Positions 45,159-54,446 of a stretch of 64,000 nucleotides of DNA are shown piece by piece; within the stretch, counting starts at the first letter, position 1, and each line of letters opens with the position of its first letter. This DNA is from Clostridia bacterium. GTDB taxonomy: Bacteria > Bacillota > Clostridia > Christensenellales > QALW01. Location: positions 36,482 to 100,481 of the forward strand of contig JAZRXI010000077.1 in NCBI GenBank assembly GCA_045600145.1. The letters are read 5' to 3'. Made by a program: the position numbers and the translations under genes. The notes beneath the pieces are model-generated. The model saw nothing but the letters and a program-made list of their open reading frames with translations, ran no database searches and was not told the DNA's origin.

Positions 45159-46529
45159 TCATTTCCAATTTTTATACTTAAGCACCCAGCCTTTCTTGTT
45201 CGTCTGTCTTTCTCTTGCTATGCAAAGGTCGTTTTCTTCGACATCATCGGTGACGGTAGAGCCCGCGGCGATAAACGCGTTGTCTCCGACAGTGACGGGA
45301 GCGACAAGGTTCGCGTTACAGCCGATGAAAACATGGTTACCGATCGTCGTCTTATGCTTGTTTGCGCCGTCATAATTTACAAAAACGGTGCCGCAACCCA
45401 TGTTGCAGTTCTCGCCCACCTCGGCATCTCCGACATATGTAAGGTGACTTACCTTTGTGCCGTTGCCTATCGTGGATTTCTTTATTTCGACAAAATCTCC
45501 GATCCTTGCATGGTTTCCGATCACCGATTGCGGACGGAGATATGCGTTGGGACCAATAGTCGTATGCTCGCCAACCTTTGCCTCGATAAGCACAGATGAT
45601 TGCACATCGGTAAAATCTCCGATAACGGAGTTTTCTATTCTGTTATTCATGAAAAGCGTGACGTTCTCACCAATAACGGTGTTGCCCGTCAAAAGGTTGC
45701 CCGGATATACCACGGTATCTCTGCCGATAGTCACGCCCGCTTCGATATATGTGTTTTCGGGGTCTATAAGCGTAACGCCCTCACGCATGATGCGCTCGTT
45801 GATACGCTTTCTCATCATTTTTTCCGCCTCTGCAAGCTGAATACGGTCATTTATGCCCATAGCCTCGGTTACATCGTCAACGATGCAAGCGCCGACCTTT
45901 TTGCCCTCGGAGCGCATTATCGAAAGCGTATCGGTAAGATACATTTCGCCTTGCGCATTGTCGCAGTTGACCTTTGTGAGCGCTTCAAGCAAATCAGGTA
46001 TTCTGAAGCAGTATACCGACGTGTTGATCTCGTTTATCTTTTTCTGTTCCTCTGTTGCATCACGGTGTTCGACGATGCTTTCAACGCATCCCGAAGCATC
46101 GCGGATGATCCTGCCGTAGCCGGTCGCGTCGTCCACAACGGCGGTCAGCACGCACGCGGACATATCGTCATTCATTGCGGCATCGAGTAACTTGATGAAA
46201 GTCTCGCCCGTCAGCATCGGCATATCGCCCGCGGTAACGGTAACATAACCGTCCTTGTCCCCAAGATACTTCTGACCGCACATAACCGCATGAGCAGTAC
46301 CCTTGCGCTCTGTTTGCTCCGCGTATCTCACGCTGTCGCCGAAAAGCTCGTGCATAAGCTCGCCGCGTCTGCCCGTTATAAGGATGGGCTCATCGTCCGA
46401 AACCTGCTTGACGGCATTATAAACATGCTTTACAAGCTGATATCCGCAGACCTTGTGCATTCCCTTCGGAATGTCCGATTTCATTCTTTTGCCGTCACCC
46501 GCGGCAAGGATAAGTGAAGTTTTGTACAT
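45159..46529 (-). CDS. glmU: Bifunctional UDP-N-acetylglucosamine diphosphorylase / glucosamine-1-phosphate N-acetyltransferase GlmU
   Basis: N-terminal LAAGDGKRMKSDIPKGMH. C-terminal left-handed beta-helix hexapeptide repeats. 456 aa. Confidence 0.93.
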   Translation of the reverse strand: MYKTSLILAAGDGKRMKSDIPKGMHKVCGYQLVKHVYNAVKQVSDDEPILITGRRGELMHELFGDSVRYAEQTERKGTAHAVMCGQKYLGDKDGYVTVTAGDMPMLTGETFIKLLDAAMNDDMSACVLTAVVDDATGYGRIIRDASGCVESIVEHRDATEEQKKINEINTSVYCFRIPDLLEALTKVNCDNAQGEMYLTDTLSIMRSEGKKVGACIVDDVTEAMGINDRIQLAEAEKMMRKRINERIMREGVTLIDPENTYIEAGVTIGRDTVVYPGNLLTGNTVIGENVTLFMNNRIENSVIGDFTDVQSSVLIEAKVGEHTTIGPNAYLRPQSVIGNHARIGDFVEIKKSTIGNGTKVSHLTYVGDAEVGENCNMGCGTVFVNYDGANKHKTTIGNHVFIGCNANLVAPVTVGDNAFIAAGSTVTDDVEENDLCIARERQTNKKGWVLKYKNWK

Positions 46530-46625
46530 TTTATACCTCCGAAATAATAGATGCCGACCATAAAATCACGTTTTACGGTCTTAAAAATATAGTATTGCCG
46601 ACGGGAAATACCGCCGGCAATAAAT

Positions 46626-46880
46626 TTACTGTTCTTCCGCAAATTTTTCAAGCACTGCTGATGAGATTCTTTCCCGTAACTCGGTTTTTATCGGATGCGC
46701 CACATCCTTAAATTCGCCCGCTGAGTTTTTGAAGCTCGGCATTGCCACAAACAATGAATTTGTACCGTCAATCACCTTGATATCATGGACTACGAACTCA
46801 TCATCAAAGGTAATTGAAGCAACTGCCTTCAGCTTCCCCGCGTTTTCCACCTTACGGATTCTGACATCTGTGATCTGCAT
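46626..46880 (-). CDS. spoVG: Septation protein SpoVG
   Basis: [45 protein letters not shown] is the SpoVG signature. Confidence 0.92.
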   Translation of the reverse strand: MQITDVRIRKVENAGKLKAVASITFDDEFVVHDIKVIDGTNSLFVAMPSFKNSAGEFKDVAHPIKTELRERISSAVLEKFAEEQ

Positions 46881-46942
46881 TGAAATTTCCTCCTATGCAA
46901 GAAATATTGTACAACATTTTTTTTATTTCGGCAAATGCTTTT

Positions 46943-48982
46943 TTACTCATCCGCGTCCTTTGACGCTGACGCGGCTATTTTTGACGCAAGCATTGCCGGA
47001 ACTTCCTCATAACGTGTAAACTCCATAGTGTATGTACCTCTGCCCTGCGTCATCGCACGAAGGTCGATGGCGTATGTGAACATCTCCGAATACGGCACCT
47101 CGCCGTCGATACGCTGACCGCCGGAAACGGGTGTCATCCCCAAAATGCGTCCGCGGCGCTTGTTGACATCACCGATGACGTCGCCCATATAATCGTCGGG
47201 CACGGTTATCTGCACCGAATATACCGGCTCAAGCAAAACGGGATTCGCTCCCGCACAGCCCGTCTTGTACGCAACAGACGCCGCCGCCTTGAATGCCATT
47301 TCAGACGAATCGACGGGGTGATACGAGCCATCATAGAGCGTACAGCTTATGCCGGTTACGGGATAGCCCGCAAGCACGCCCTTTTTCATACACTCGATAA
47401 GTCCTTTTTCCACCGCGGGAATATACTGACGCGGAACGGCACCACCGACAACTTGATCGACAAATTCGAAATCCTTGTCGCTCGGATTGAACTCTATCCA
47501 ACAATCGCCGTACTGACCGTGACCGCCGGACTGCTTCTTGTATTTGCCCTGCGCCTTGACGGATTTACGTATCGTCTCTTTGTACGGAACGATAGGCGTA
47601 TGGAGCTCGGCTTCGCCGTTATATTTCGCTTTGAGCTTCTGCAACGCGACATCAAGATGCGTGTCGCCCAAGCCCATTAAAATCATTTCGTTCGTCTGCG
47701 TATTTTTTTCGAGAACTAGCGTATTATCCTCATCGATCAAGCGGCGCAGACCCGAGAAAACCTTATCCTCATCGCCCTGTTTTTTTGGCACTACCGCCAT
47801 ACGCATACCGGGCCACGGAAGCTCGGGCTGAACGTATTCTATCTTTTTGCCGGAATACAGTGTATGTCCCGTAAGCGTGAACTGAAGCCTTGCGATAGCT
47901 CCGATATCACCCGCGTAAAGCGCTTTAGCGGGGATCTGATTTTTGCCGCGGATAACGAAAATATTACCTGCCTTTTCGGGCTTATCCTCGTTGGCGTTAA
48001 ACAACGGCGTATCCTGTGTCAGCACGCCTGAGCGCACCATGAACACCGAAAGCTTTCCTGCAAACGGATCCGATACGGTCTTAAAGACATATGCCGAGAA
48101 CGGCTCGTTCTCTGAGCAGACGCGGATATCGTCAACGCCCTCAAATTCCTTGTTTTCGGGCGTGGGGATGAATCGCAGAATAGTATCCTGCAAAAGTCTT
48201 ACGCCCTTGAAATCAAGTGCACTGCCGCAAAGTACCGGTACCGCGGAAGCATCAGCAATACCGATTGCAAGTCCCTTTACGATCTCATCGGGAGTAAGCT
48301 CCTCGCCCATAATGACCTTTTCCATAAGCTCCTCGTCGTTTTCGCCCGCCGTCTCCATGAGTGCGGCATGCTCAAGCTCTATGGTATCTCCAAGGTTCGC
48401 GGGGATCTCGGTTTTTTCGCGCTTGTCACCCTTAAAAGCGTACGCCTGCTTATCTACAAGGTCAACAAAGCCGATCATGACATTGTTTTCCATTATCGGA
48501 TAAAGTATCGGAACGATGCCGCTGCCGTACTTTGCCTTGAGCTCGGCAACCGTCCTGTCGAACGAAGTGTTTTCCTTGTCTATCTGATTGATAAAAATTA
48601 TTCTCGGAAGCTTATTTTTTTTCGTAAGCTCGACCGCTTTTTCCGTTCCGACATCAAGTCCGGAAGCCGACGCAACGATAACAGCGCCGTCTGCGACCGA
48701 AAGCGCGTTTATCACACTGCCTTCAAAATCAAAATATCCGGGACAGTCAAGAATATTTATTTTTTCATCTCCCGCCTCGACCGGTGCGACAGAAAGCGAA
48801 AGAGACGTCTTACGTTTGATTTCCTCGGCGTCATAATCGCATACAGTGGTGCCGTCGGCGACCTTGCCGAGCTTTTCGATATTACCGTTTAAGAATAACA
48901 TCGCCTCTGTAAGTGAAGTTTTGCCGTTTCCTCCGTGACCTATAAAGGCTACATTTCTTACTTTAGAAGCGTGATGATCCAT
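46943..48982 (-). CDS. Elongation factor G family GTPase (EF-G paralogue, EF-G2-like)
   Basis: G1 GHGGNGKTS, G3 DCPGYFDF, and domains II-V by length (679 aa). It is not in an rpsL-rpsG-fusA-tuf context. Confidence 0.8.
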   Translation of the reverse strand: MDHHASKVRNVAFIGHGGNGKTSLTEAMLFLNGNIEKLGKVADGTTVCDYDAEEIKRKTSLSLSVAPVEAGDEKINILDCPGYFDFEGSVINALSVADGAVIVASASGLDVGTEKAVELTKKNKLPRIIFINQIDKENTSFDRTVAELKAKYGSGIVPILYPIMENNVMIGFVDLVDKQAYAFKGDKREKTEIPANLGDTIELEHAALMETAGENDEELMEKVIMGEELTPDEIVKGLAIGIADASAVPVLCGSALDFKGVRLLQDTILRFIPTPENKEFEGVDDIRVCSENEPFSAYVFKTVSDPFAGKLSVFMVRSGVLTQDTPLFNANEDKPEKAGNIFVIRGKNQIPAKALYAGDIGAIARLQFTLTGHTLYSGKKIEYVQPELPWPGMRMAVVPKKQGDEDKVFSGLRRLIDEDNTLVLEKNTQTNEMILMGLGDTHLDVALQKLKAKYNGEAELHTPIVPYKETIRKSVKAQGKYKKQSGGHGQYGDCWIEFNPSDKDFEFVDQVVGGAVPRQYIPAVEKGLIECMKKGVLAGYPVTGISCTLYDGSYHPVDSSEMAFKAAASVAYKTGCAGANPVLLEPVYSVQITVPDDYMGDVIGDVNKRRGRILGMTPVSGGQRIDGEVPYSEMFTYAIDLRAMTQGRGTYTMEFTRYEEVPAMLASKIAASASKDADE

Positions 48983-49027
48983 TTTTTAAGACCCCTTTCA
49001 ATTTAAGCAGTATTCAATCGTAACTAT

Positions 49028-49056
49028 ATTATACACTGTTGTTTCACGAATTTCAA
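49028..49056 (-). promoter_or_regulatory. Sigma-A promoter of the EF-G paralogue gene
   Basis: Minus strand reads TTGAAA, 17-nt spacer, (TG)TATAAT extended -10. Confidence 0.6.
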
Positions 49057-49152
49057 GAAAAATATTTATAACTTATTCATAAAAATCAAGTTTTTTCTTA
49101 TTTATTTTACTTATTATTATAATTTTATACCAAATATGTCTTTTTATGGAAA

Positions 49153-49180
49153 TAAAAAGCACTCTGCCAAAGCAGAGTGC
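49153..49180 (-). terminator. Intrinsic terminator after the PHP-domain gene
   Basis: Hairpin GCACTCTGC..GCAGAGTGC (49159-49180). On the minus strand it is followed by TTTTTATTT. Confidence 0.65.
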
Positions 49181-49204
49181 AGATAAAAAAAGAAATATCC
49201 GAAC

Positions 49205-49891
49205 TCAAATAACAAGAGTTCCGATACATTTGAAATCGTGTTCGCTCAATACCCGGTGCAAAACCGAATTATCCGTAAGTCGAACATCGGTCTCTATCCC
49301 GCCGTTGCACACATATGCCATCTGATGTGCGTCGCCTCCGCCGACGAGTAACATGTTTCTATGTGTGAGCGCATAGCTTTCGGCAACAAGGTTATCCCAG
49401 TCGGTATTACAGGCATTATTGACCTCTATACCGTCGATCAGCGAATTATCGGTAACACCGTATTTTATTATATAATCGCGTTGGCGGAACGGATGCGCCT
49501 GTACGATTATACCGCCGTTGGCGTGTAAAACACTGCTCCAAACCTTAAGGTCAGACGTATCAAGCTCGGGATGAGCGTAAAGCAATTCGGGTGTAATGCA
49601 ATAGCACAGTATCTCAAAGCCGCCGCCTATCCCCTCCTCTATGCCGAACAGCACATCAAGTCCCCGTTTTTCAAATTCAGCTTTGCAGGCATAATAATCC
49701 TTTTCGTATTCGGCAACACATTCCTTCCACGGGATATCTCTAAAGCCCGAATTGCCGTGGCGGAAATGGTTTGTCAGCACGCAACCGGCATAATCTCTTG
49801 CATAAAGCCCCTGTGCAAGCTCCTCCGGCGTCATTTTTGCGCACTTACTGCACGGCGAAGTATGTACATGTATCTGATATTTATATTTCAT
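49205..49891 (-). CDS. PHP-domain metal-dependent phosphoesterase
   Basis: N-terminal HVHT, plus later ..AHP.. and ..GGGDAH.. metal-ligand motifs. 228 aa. Confidence 0.6.
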   Translation of the reverse strand: MKYKYQIHVHTSPCSKCAKMTPEELAQGLYARDYAGCVLTNHFRHGNSGFRDIPWKECVAEYEKDYYACKAEFEKRGLDVLFGIEEGIGGGFEILCYCITPELLYAHPELDTSDLKVWSSVLHANGGIIVQAHPFRQRDYIIKYGVTDNSLIDGIEVNNACNTDWDNLVAESYALTHRNMLLVGGGDAHQMAYVCNGGIETDVRLTDNSVLHRVLSEHDFKCIGTLVI

Positions 49892-50703
49892 AAATCTGTA
49901 ACCTCCATATAAACATCGTTTTTCGGAACACCGAGCTTTTGCGCCACCTGCTTTATCGCGTCTTTTTTGGCAATGCCCGAATCAATAAGCGTTTGTACCT
50001 GTTCGCGGACGCTGAGCGACGGGCTTTCATCCGAAATCTGGTTTTCATCGAGCTCACCGAGAATTATTACAAACTCGCCTTTTACCATCGGAAGCTTTTC
50101 GCGCCATTCATCCAGCGTGAACGATACACATTCCTCATGGATCTTTGTTATTTCGCGCACTATGGCGATTTTTCTGTTGCCGAGATTCTTATTCAGATCC
50201 TCAAGCGTCTTTTCAATATGATGCGGTGCTTCGTGGATTATCACCGCGCGTTGTTCGTTTTTAAGTGCTTCAAGTCTTATTTTTCTCTCTTTGCCGCTTT
50301 TGGGCAAAAAACCTTCGAAAACGAAGCGGTCACACTTCATGCCCGACAGTACAAGTGCGCATAGTCCCGCGTTCGCTCCGGGAAGCACGGTTACGGGGAT
50401 GTTCCGTTCGTGCGCCTTCGCAACGATAACATAGCCCGGATCGGAAATGCAAGGCATACCCGCATCGGTGACAAGCACGATATTTTCGCCGTTCTCAAGT
50501 CTTTTAAGGAGCTGTTCGCTTTTCTGCTGTTCGTTATGCTCATGATAAGCTATCAACGGCTTGTTTATTTCGTATTTAAATAAAAGCGAAGCACTGTGAC
50601 GCGTATCCTCACACGCTATCGCATCACACTCTTTCAATACGCGCAGCGCTCTGAGTGTAATATCCTCAAGATTGCCTATCGGCGTGGCACATATGTAAAG
50701 CAT
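49888..50703 (-). CDS. rsmI: 16S rRNA (cytidine1402-2'-O)-methyltransferase RsmI
   Basis: MLYICATPIGNLEDITLRALRVLKECD..CEDTRHS.. tetrapyrrole-methylase-fold signature. Confidence 0.9.
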   Translation of the reverse strand: MLYICATPIGNLEDITLRALRVLKECDAIACEDTRHSASLLFKYEINKPLIAYHEHNEQQKSEQLLKRLENGENIVLVTDAGMPCISDPGYVIVAKAHERNIPVTVLPGANAGLCALVLSGMKCDRFVFEGFLPKSGKERKIRLEALKNEQRAVIIHEAPHHIEKTLEDLNKNLGNRKIAIVREITKIHEECVSFTLDEWREKLPMVKGEFVIILGELDENQISDESPSLSVREQVQTLIDSGIAKKDAIKQVAQKLGVPKNDVYMEVTDL

Positions 50704-50716
50704 TGATTTCTCCTTG

Positions 50717-51448
50717 TTATTTATGATATATCCTATTGATTTCGTCCGTCAGCGTACCGTCGGCGTTGTAGATCGTAAGTGTCGGTTCCCAATTCATATA
50801 TGGCTTACCGTCCTTGACGCCCTCTATCAACACGACATACGCCGGCGTATTCGGACGCGATTGCACGGGGCGGCACCGTTTAGGCTCGATATTATATTTG
50901 CGCATCGTCATGAAAATATCAACGATGCGGTCACTGTGATTTATAATCGCAAAGCGTCCGCCGTTTTTCAAAAGATACGTTGCGGCGGCGCAGACATCAT
51001 CAAGCGTACAGGTCTCCTCGTGACGTGAAACCGCGTGATTGCTCTGTGAATTATGCTCCCCGCTTTTATCCTTTTTGTACGGCGGATTGCACACAACAGT
51101 CGAATACGCGCATGACGGAAGTATTTCTTTAATGTTGCGCAAATCGCCGTTATGTACTGCTATTTTATCCTCAAGTGAATTAAGACGCATACTGCGCGAT
51201 GCCATGTCAGCCATTTCGGGCTGTATTTCGATAGCGTCGCAATGGATAAAATCATGCCGCCCGTAAATGAGTATCGGTATGATGCCCGTACCCGTGCCGA
51301 GATCGCAGATATACGCGTTTTTCTTGACCGTAGCAAAATCGGAAAGCAGTACCGCGTCCGTTCCAAAACAGAAAGATTCAGGGTTCTGAATCAATTTCAG
51401 ACCCCTGAATTGTAAATCATCAATGCGTTCGCTGTCCTTAACAAGCAT
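50717..51448 (-). CDS. SAM-dependent methyltransferase, tRNA1(Val) (adenine37-N6)-methyltransferase-like (YfiC/TrmN6 type)
   Basis: DLGTGTGIIP SAM motif and NPPY catalytic motif. Start set at MLVKD, in an ATGA overlap with the upstream stop. Confidence 0.7.
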   Translation of the reverse strand: MLVKDSERIDDLQFRGLKLIQNPESFCFGTDAVLLSDFATVKKNAYICDLGTGTGIIPILIYGRHDFIHCDAIEIQPEMADMASRSMRLNSLEDKIAVHNGDLRNIKEILPSCAYSTVVCNPPYKKDKSGEHNSQSNHAVSRHEETCTLDDVCAAATYLLKNGGRFAIINHSDRIVDIFMTMRKYNIEPKRCRPVQSRPNTPAYVVLIEGVKDGKPYMNWEPTLTIYNADGTLTDEINRIYHK

Positions 51449-53259
51449 CAGATAAGCCGCCGTCCCCAAGAAAATCTTGTGTTATAGTAATTCTGCGAAA
51501 GGCTCGAAATGATGACCTTATGCGCCGAGCCGGATGACGCGTGGATGACCTGACCGTTGCCGATGTATATTCCGGCGTGGTCACAAAGGTCGCTGTCGGA
51601 ATCCACGGTGTTGAAGTATACTAGGTCACCTACCTGAAGATTCGACTTTGAAGATATCTTCGTTCCTTTGCTCCAATATCCCTGCTCATACGCGGTACGC
51701 GGAATCGAGATCCCGAAATGTGCGTAGACATATTTGGTGAAGCCCGAGCAATCAAACAAATTCGGGCCGTTGGCACCCAATTTATACGGCACACCGAGGA
51801 AGTTCTGCGCATAATCGGCGATTTGCTGACCAAGCGCGACATTGGTATTCGGAACATATTCACCTGCCGATGAGCTTCCGCCGCTTGTGCCTGACGACGA
51901 TGATGAAGCTTTCTTTGCAGACGATGCGAACATCACCGTAAGTGTCGCGGAATTGCAGATTCCGTCGGCATTCAAGCCGCTATTCTGCTGGAATTTCTTC
52001 ACCGACGCGACCGTTGCTGAGCCATAATAGCCTGTTGCCGTTCCCGTAAAATATCCGAGCGTTTTAAGACGCTTTTGTATCGTTACGACATTACTGCCCT
52101 CTGCCCCCTGCTTGTATGTTCCCGAAGGTGCGTTGGATGAATTATTTGACGGAAGCGATCCGCCGAGCTTCACATATTCACTGCTTACATATCCCTCTTT
52201 GCCATCGACGTTCTTTATCTTAAACCATTTCGAAGAATCGTCAAGCAGTGAAACGACATCACCTTTTTTGAGCGTCGTTACGACATCGTAATCCTTGCCG
52301 GGTCCCTTGCGGACATTAAGTGTACCGTCCGCTGTTATCGTACAGGTTTTCGCGCCTGTACCCTTTTTTACATAATTTTTATTAACGTAGCCCTTGCTTC
52401 CGTTTGCAAGCTCAACATAATACCAATCGCCGCTCTCGCCCTTAACGGAAAGCACCGTGCCCGAAGAAAGCGTGGTTATCGTATCGTATCCCGTGCTCGG
52501 ACCGGTGCGAAGCTTCAATGAGCTCGCCGAAACACTGGCTATCCACGCGTCGGAAAGCTCCTTAAGTGAGGTCGCCGAGCCTGATTCTCCGCCTATCGAT
52601 ACATACTGCTTGAAAATATAACCTGCCTGCTGTTCATATTCTATTTTGAACCAGTCACCAGAGCCGCCTATTACCCAAAGCTCAGCACTTTGAGGAAGCT
52701 TGAATGCCACAGTACCGCCGAGGTCGGGGCTTGTACGTGCATTGACCTCACCCTCTTCGCTGACGATTTTAGCGGCTATTCCGACGAACTTGCCCGCGGT
52801 AAGATATTTTGTAAGTACAAAGCCCGTATTTCCGTTTTCGGTCTCAATATGATACCACCCATCCTTTTCGGAATAGATGTATACGACCGAATTTCTTGTA
52901 AGCAGATCTATCGCCTCAGCCTCCGGACTCGGCTGTTCACGCACATAAAGCTGTGACTTAACATTCACGTTAGCTTCACGGCAGCCCGCTTCTCTTATTG
53001 AGGCAAATGTGTCATCATCCGCCGTTCCCGTGACGCTTATGCCTCTATCCTTCTGGAATGCGCTTATTGCCGCTTCGGTGGCATCTCCGAAATATCCGGT
53101 GCACTCATTCGTAAAATAACCGTATATTTTGAGAATGTACTGAAGCTCATAAACATCATATCCCTCGGCACCTTTATTGATAGGCTCAGCTCCGGCCGTA
53201 ATCGAAAGACATCCGAGAATAAATAATAATGTTAATATTATCGAAATTGCTTTTTTCAT
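51448..53259 (-). CDS. Secreted cell-wall hydrolase: PG_binding_1, multiple SH3b repeats, second PG_binding_1, C-terminal NlpC/P60 endopeptidase
   Basis: Signal peptide MKKAISIILTLLFILGCLSITAGA. Repeated ..GYV..YV/L.. SH3b-type units. NlpC/P60 catalytic DCSGF..HAGIYIG..IHAS. Confidence 0.8.
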   Translation of the reverse strand: MKKAISIILTLLFILGCLSITAGAEPINKGAEGYDVYELQYILKIYGYFTNECTGYFGDATEAAISAFQKDRGISVTGTADDDTFASIREAGCREANVNVKSQLYVREQPSPEAEAIDLLTRNSVVYIYSEKDGWYHIETENGNTGFVLTKYLTAGKFVGIAAKIVSEEGEVNARTSPDLGGTVAFKLPQSAELWVIGGSGDWFKIEYEQQAGYIFKQYVSIGGESGSATSLKELSDAWIASVSASSLKLRTGPSTGYDTITTLSSGTVLSVKGESGDWYYVELANGSKGYVNKNYVKKGTGAKTCTITADGTLNVRKGPGKDYDVVTTLKKGDVVSLLDDSSKWFKIKNVDGKEGYVSSEYVKLGGSLPSNNSSNAPSGTYKQGAEGSNVVTIQKRLKTLGYFTGTATGYYGSATVASVKKFQQNSGLNADGICNSATLTVMFASSAKKASSSSSGTSGGSSSAGEYVPNTNVALGQQIADYAQNFLGVPYKLGANGPNLFDCSGFTKYVYAHFGISIPRTAYEQGYWSKGTKISSKSNLQVGDLVYFNTVDSDSDLCDHAGIYIGNGQVIHASSGSAHKVIISSLSQNYYNTRFSWGRRLI

Positions 53260-53340
53260 AAGATTCACTTTCCGTAAGCACATCTGTGCCGACTGTTGAT
53301 TTATTACGCAAACAAAGTATTTGCGTAACACTTTTGTAAT

Positions 53341-53369
53341 ATCTTATCATTTCTTTACGATTTTGTCAA
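53341..53369 (-). promoter_or_regulatory. Candidate sigma-A promoter of the NlpC/P60 gene
   Basis: Minus strand reads TTGACA, 17-nt spacer, TAAGAT; about 80 nt upstream of the ATG. Confidence 0.5.
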
Positions 53370-53418
53370 CACCTAATATGAAAAAAAGTAAAATTTTTGT
53401 ATAGAAACGCCGTTTTCT

Positions 53419-53588
53419 CGCTGATGCTTTTGCATAAAAAATTCTCCCGACTTACAGCGGGAGAATTTTTCAAAAAGTCATAAAAGTTTTTTGCCCCGTT
53501 TTTTAAAAAGCAAGCGAGGCTCAAGGGCGCGGAGTCCCTTGCAAGGCTTGAGGAAGCGGAAGCCCTAAAGAGTAATGCGGAGCCACCT
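53419..53588. repeat. Dispersed intergenic repeat, copy 4
   Basis: GCTGATGCTTTTGCATAAAAAATTCTCCCG..CGGGAGAATTTTTCAAAAAGTCATAAAAGTTTTTTGCCCCGTTTTTTAAAAAGC..GCGGAGTCCCTTGC. Abuts the ispA stop. Confidence 0.7.
53436..53470 (-). terminator. Intrinsic terminator of the nusB-...-ispA operon (inside repeat copy 4)
   Basis: Hairpin TTCTCCCG..CGGGAGAA flanked by an A-run and a T-run. On the minus strand the hairpin is followed by TTTTTT. Confidence 0.65.
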
Positions 53589-54446
53589 CTATTTTGTTCT
53601 CACAAGCAAGCTCTGTGCGAGGGATGATAGAAAATTACCTTTTTCGCCGAAAGCCGACATAAGTTCAACTGCATTTTCTGTATGTCTGCGTGCTTCGACT
53701 TTTGCACCGTCGATACCGTAAAGCGTCACATATGTAGTCTTATTCTTTGCTTTATCGCTGCCGACAGCCTTGCCGAGTTCCTTTTCATCACCGTTGACAT
53801 CGAGGATATCATCTATGATTTGGAACGTATAGCCTATTTCTGTGCCGAATTTATCAAGTATATCAAGCGTTTCATCATCAGCCCCGGCGCACGCTCCGCC
53901 GGCAAGCAAAGCCCCCTTTATCATAGCAGCGGTTTTGTTGAGATGAATATACTCCATGGTCTTTGTGTCGAACACGTTGCCGTTAAGTGTAACATCCACC
54001 CACTGCCCTGCAACCATTCGTGAGCTCCCCGCCGCTTCCGCGATATAGCGCGAAGCGTTGAGATTTCCCGCTTTAAGCATGATTTCGAATGCGTAGCTCA
54101 GCAGTGCATCGCCCGCAAGGATCGCTCTGTCCTCACCGAACATCTTATGCGATGTCAGCTTGCCGCGTCGGTAATCATCATTGTCGAGCGCGGGCAAATC
54201 GTCATGGATCAGCGAATATGTATGAATCATTTCGATTGCCGCCGCATACGGAAGTGCAGTATTGATATCACCGCCGCACATTTCACACGCAGACAGCAAA
54301 AGTGCGGGACGCAGTCTTTTTCCGCCCGCAAAAACACTGTACGCCATTGCTTCGCGCAAATCGGCAGGTATAGCATCATTGCTAAAAAATTCATGAAGCG
54401 CATCATCCGTAATGCGCGTATATTCGTCCAATTTATTATTCATCAA
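53589..54446 (-). CDS. ispA: Polyprenyl (farnesyl/geranylgeranyl) diphosphate synthase IspA
   Basis: First DDLPALDNDDYRRGK and second FQIIDDILD aspartate-rich motifs. Follows xseB, as in B. subtilis. Confidence 0.87.
   Translation of the reverse strand: MMNNKLDEYTRITDDALHEFFSNDAIPADLREAMAYSVFAGGKRLRPALLLSACEMCGGDINTALPYAAAIEMIHTYSLIHDDLPALDNDDYRRGKLTSHKMFGEDRAILAGDALLSYAFEIMLKAGNLNASRYIAEAAGSSRMVAGQWVDVTLNGNVFDTKTMEYIHLNKTAAMIKGALLAGGACAGADDETLDILDKFGTEIGYTFQIIDDILDVNGDEKELGKAVGSDKAKNKTTYVTLYGIDGAKVEARRHTENAVELMSAFGEKGNFLSSLAQSLLVRTK

Noticed and set aside
53260-53340. Possible riboswitch (for example c-di-AMP/ydaO type) in the leader of about 80 nt of the NlpC/P60 gene
   Set aside because: The leader is too short, and I could not find the conserved ydaO-yuaA motifs. 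Only a simple hairpin (TTACGCAAA..TTTGCGTAA) is present.
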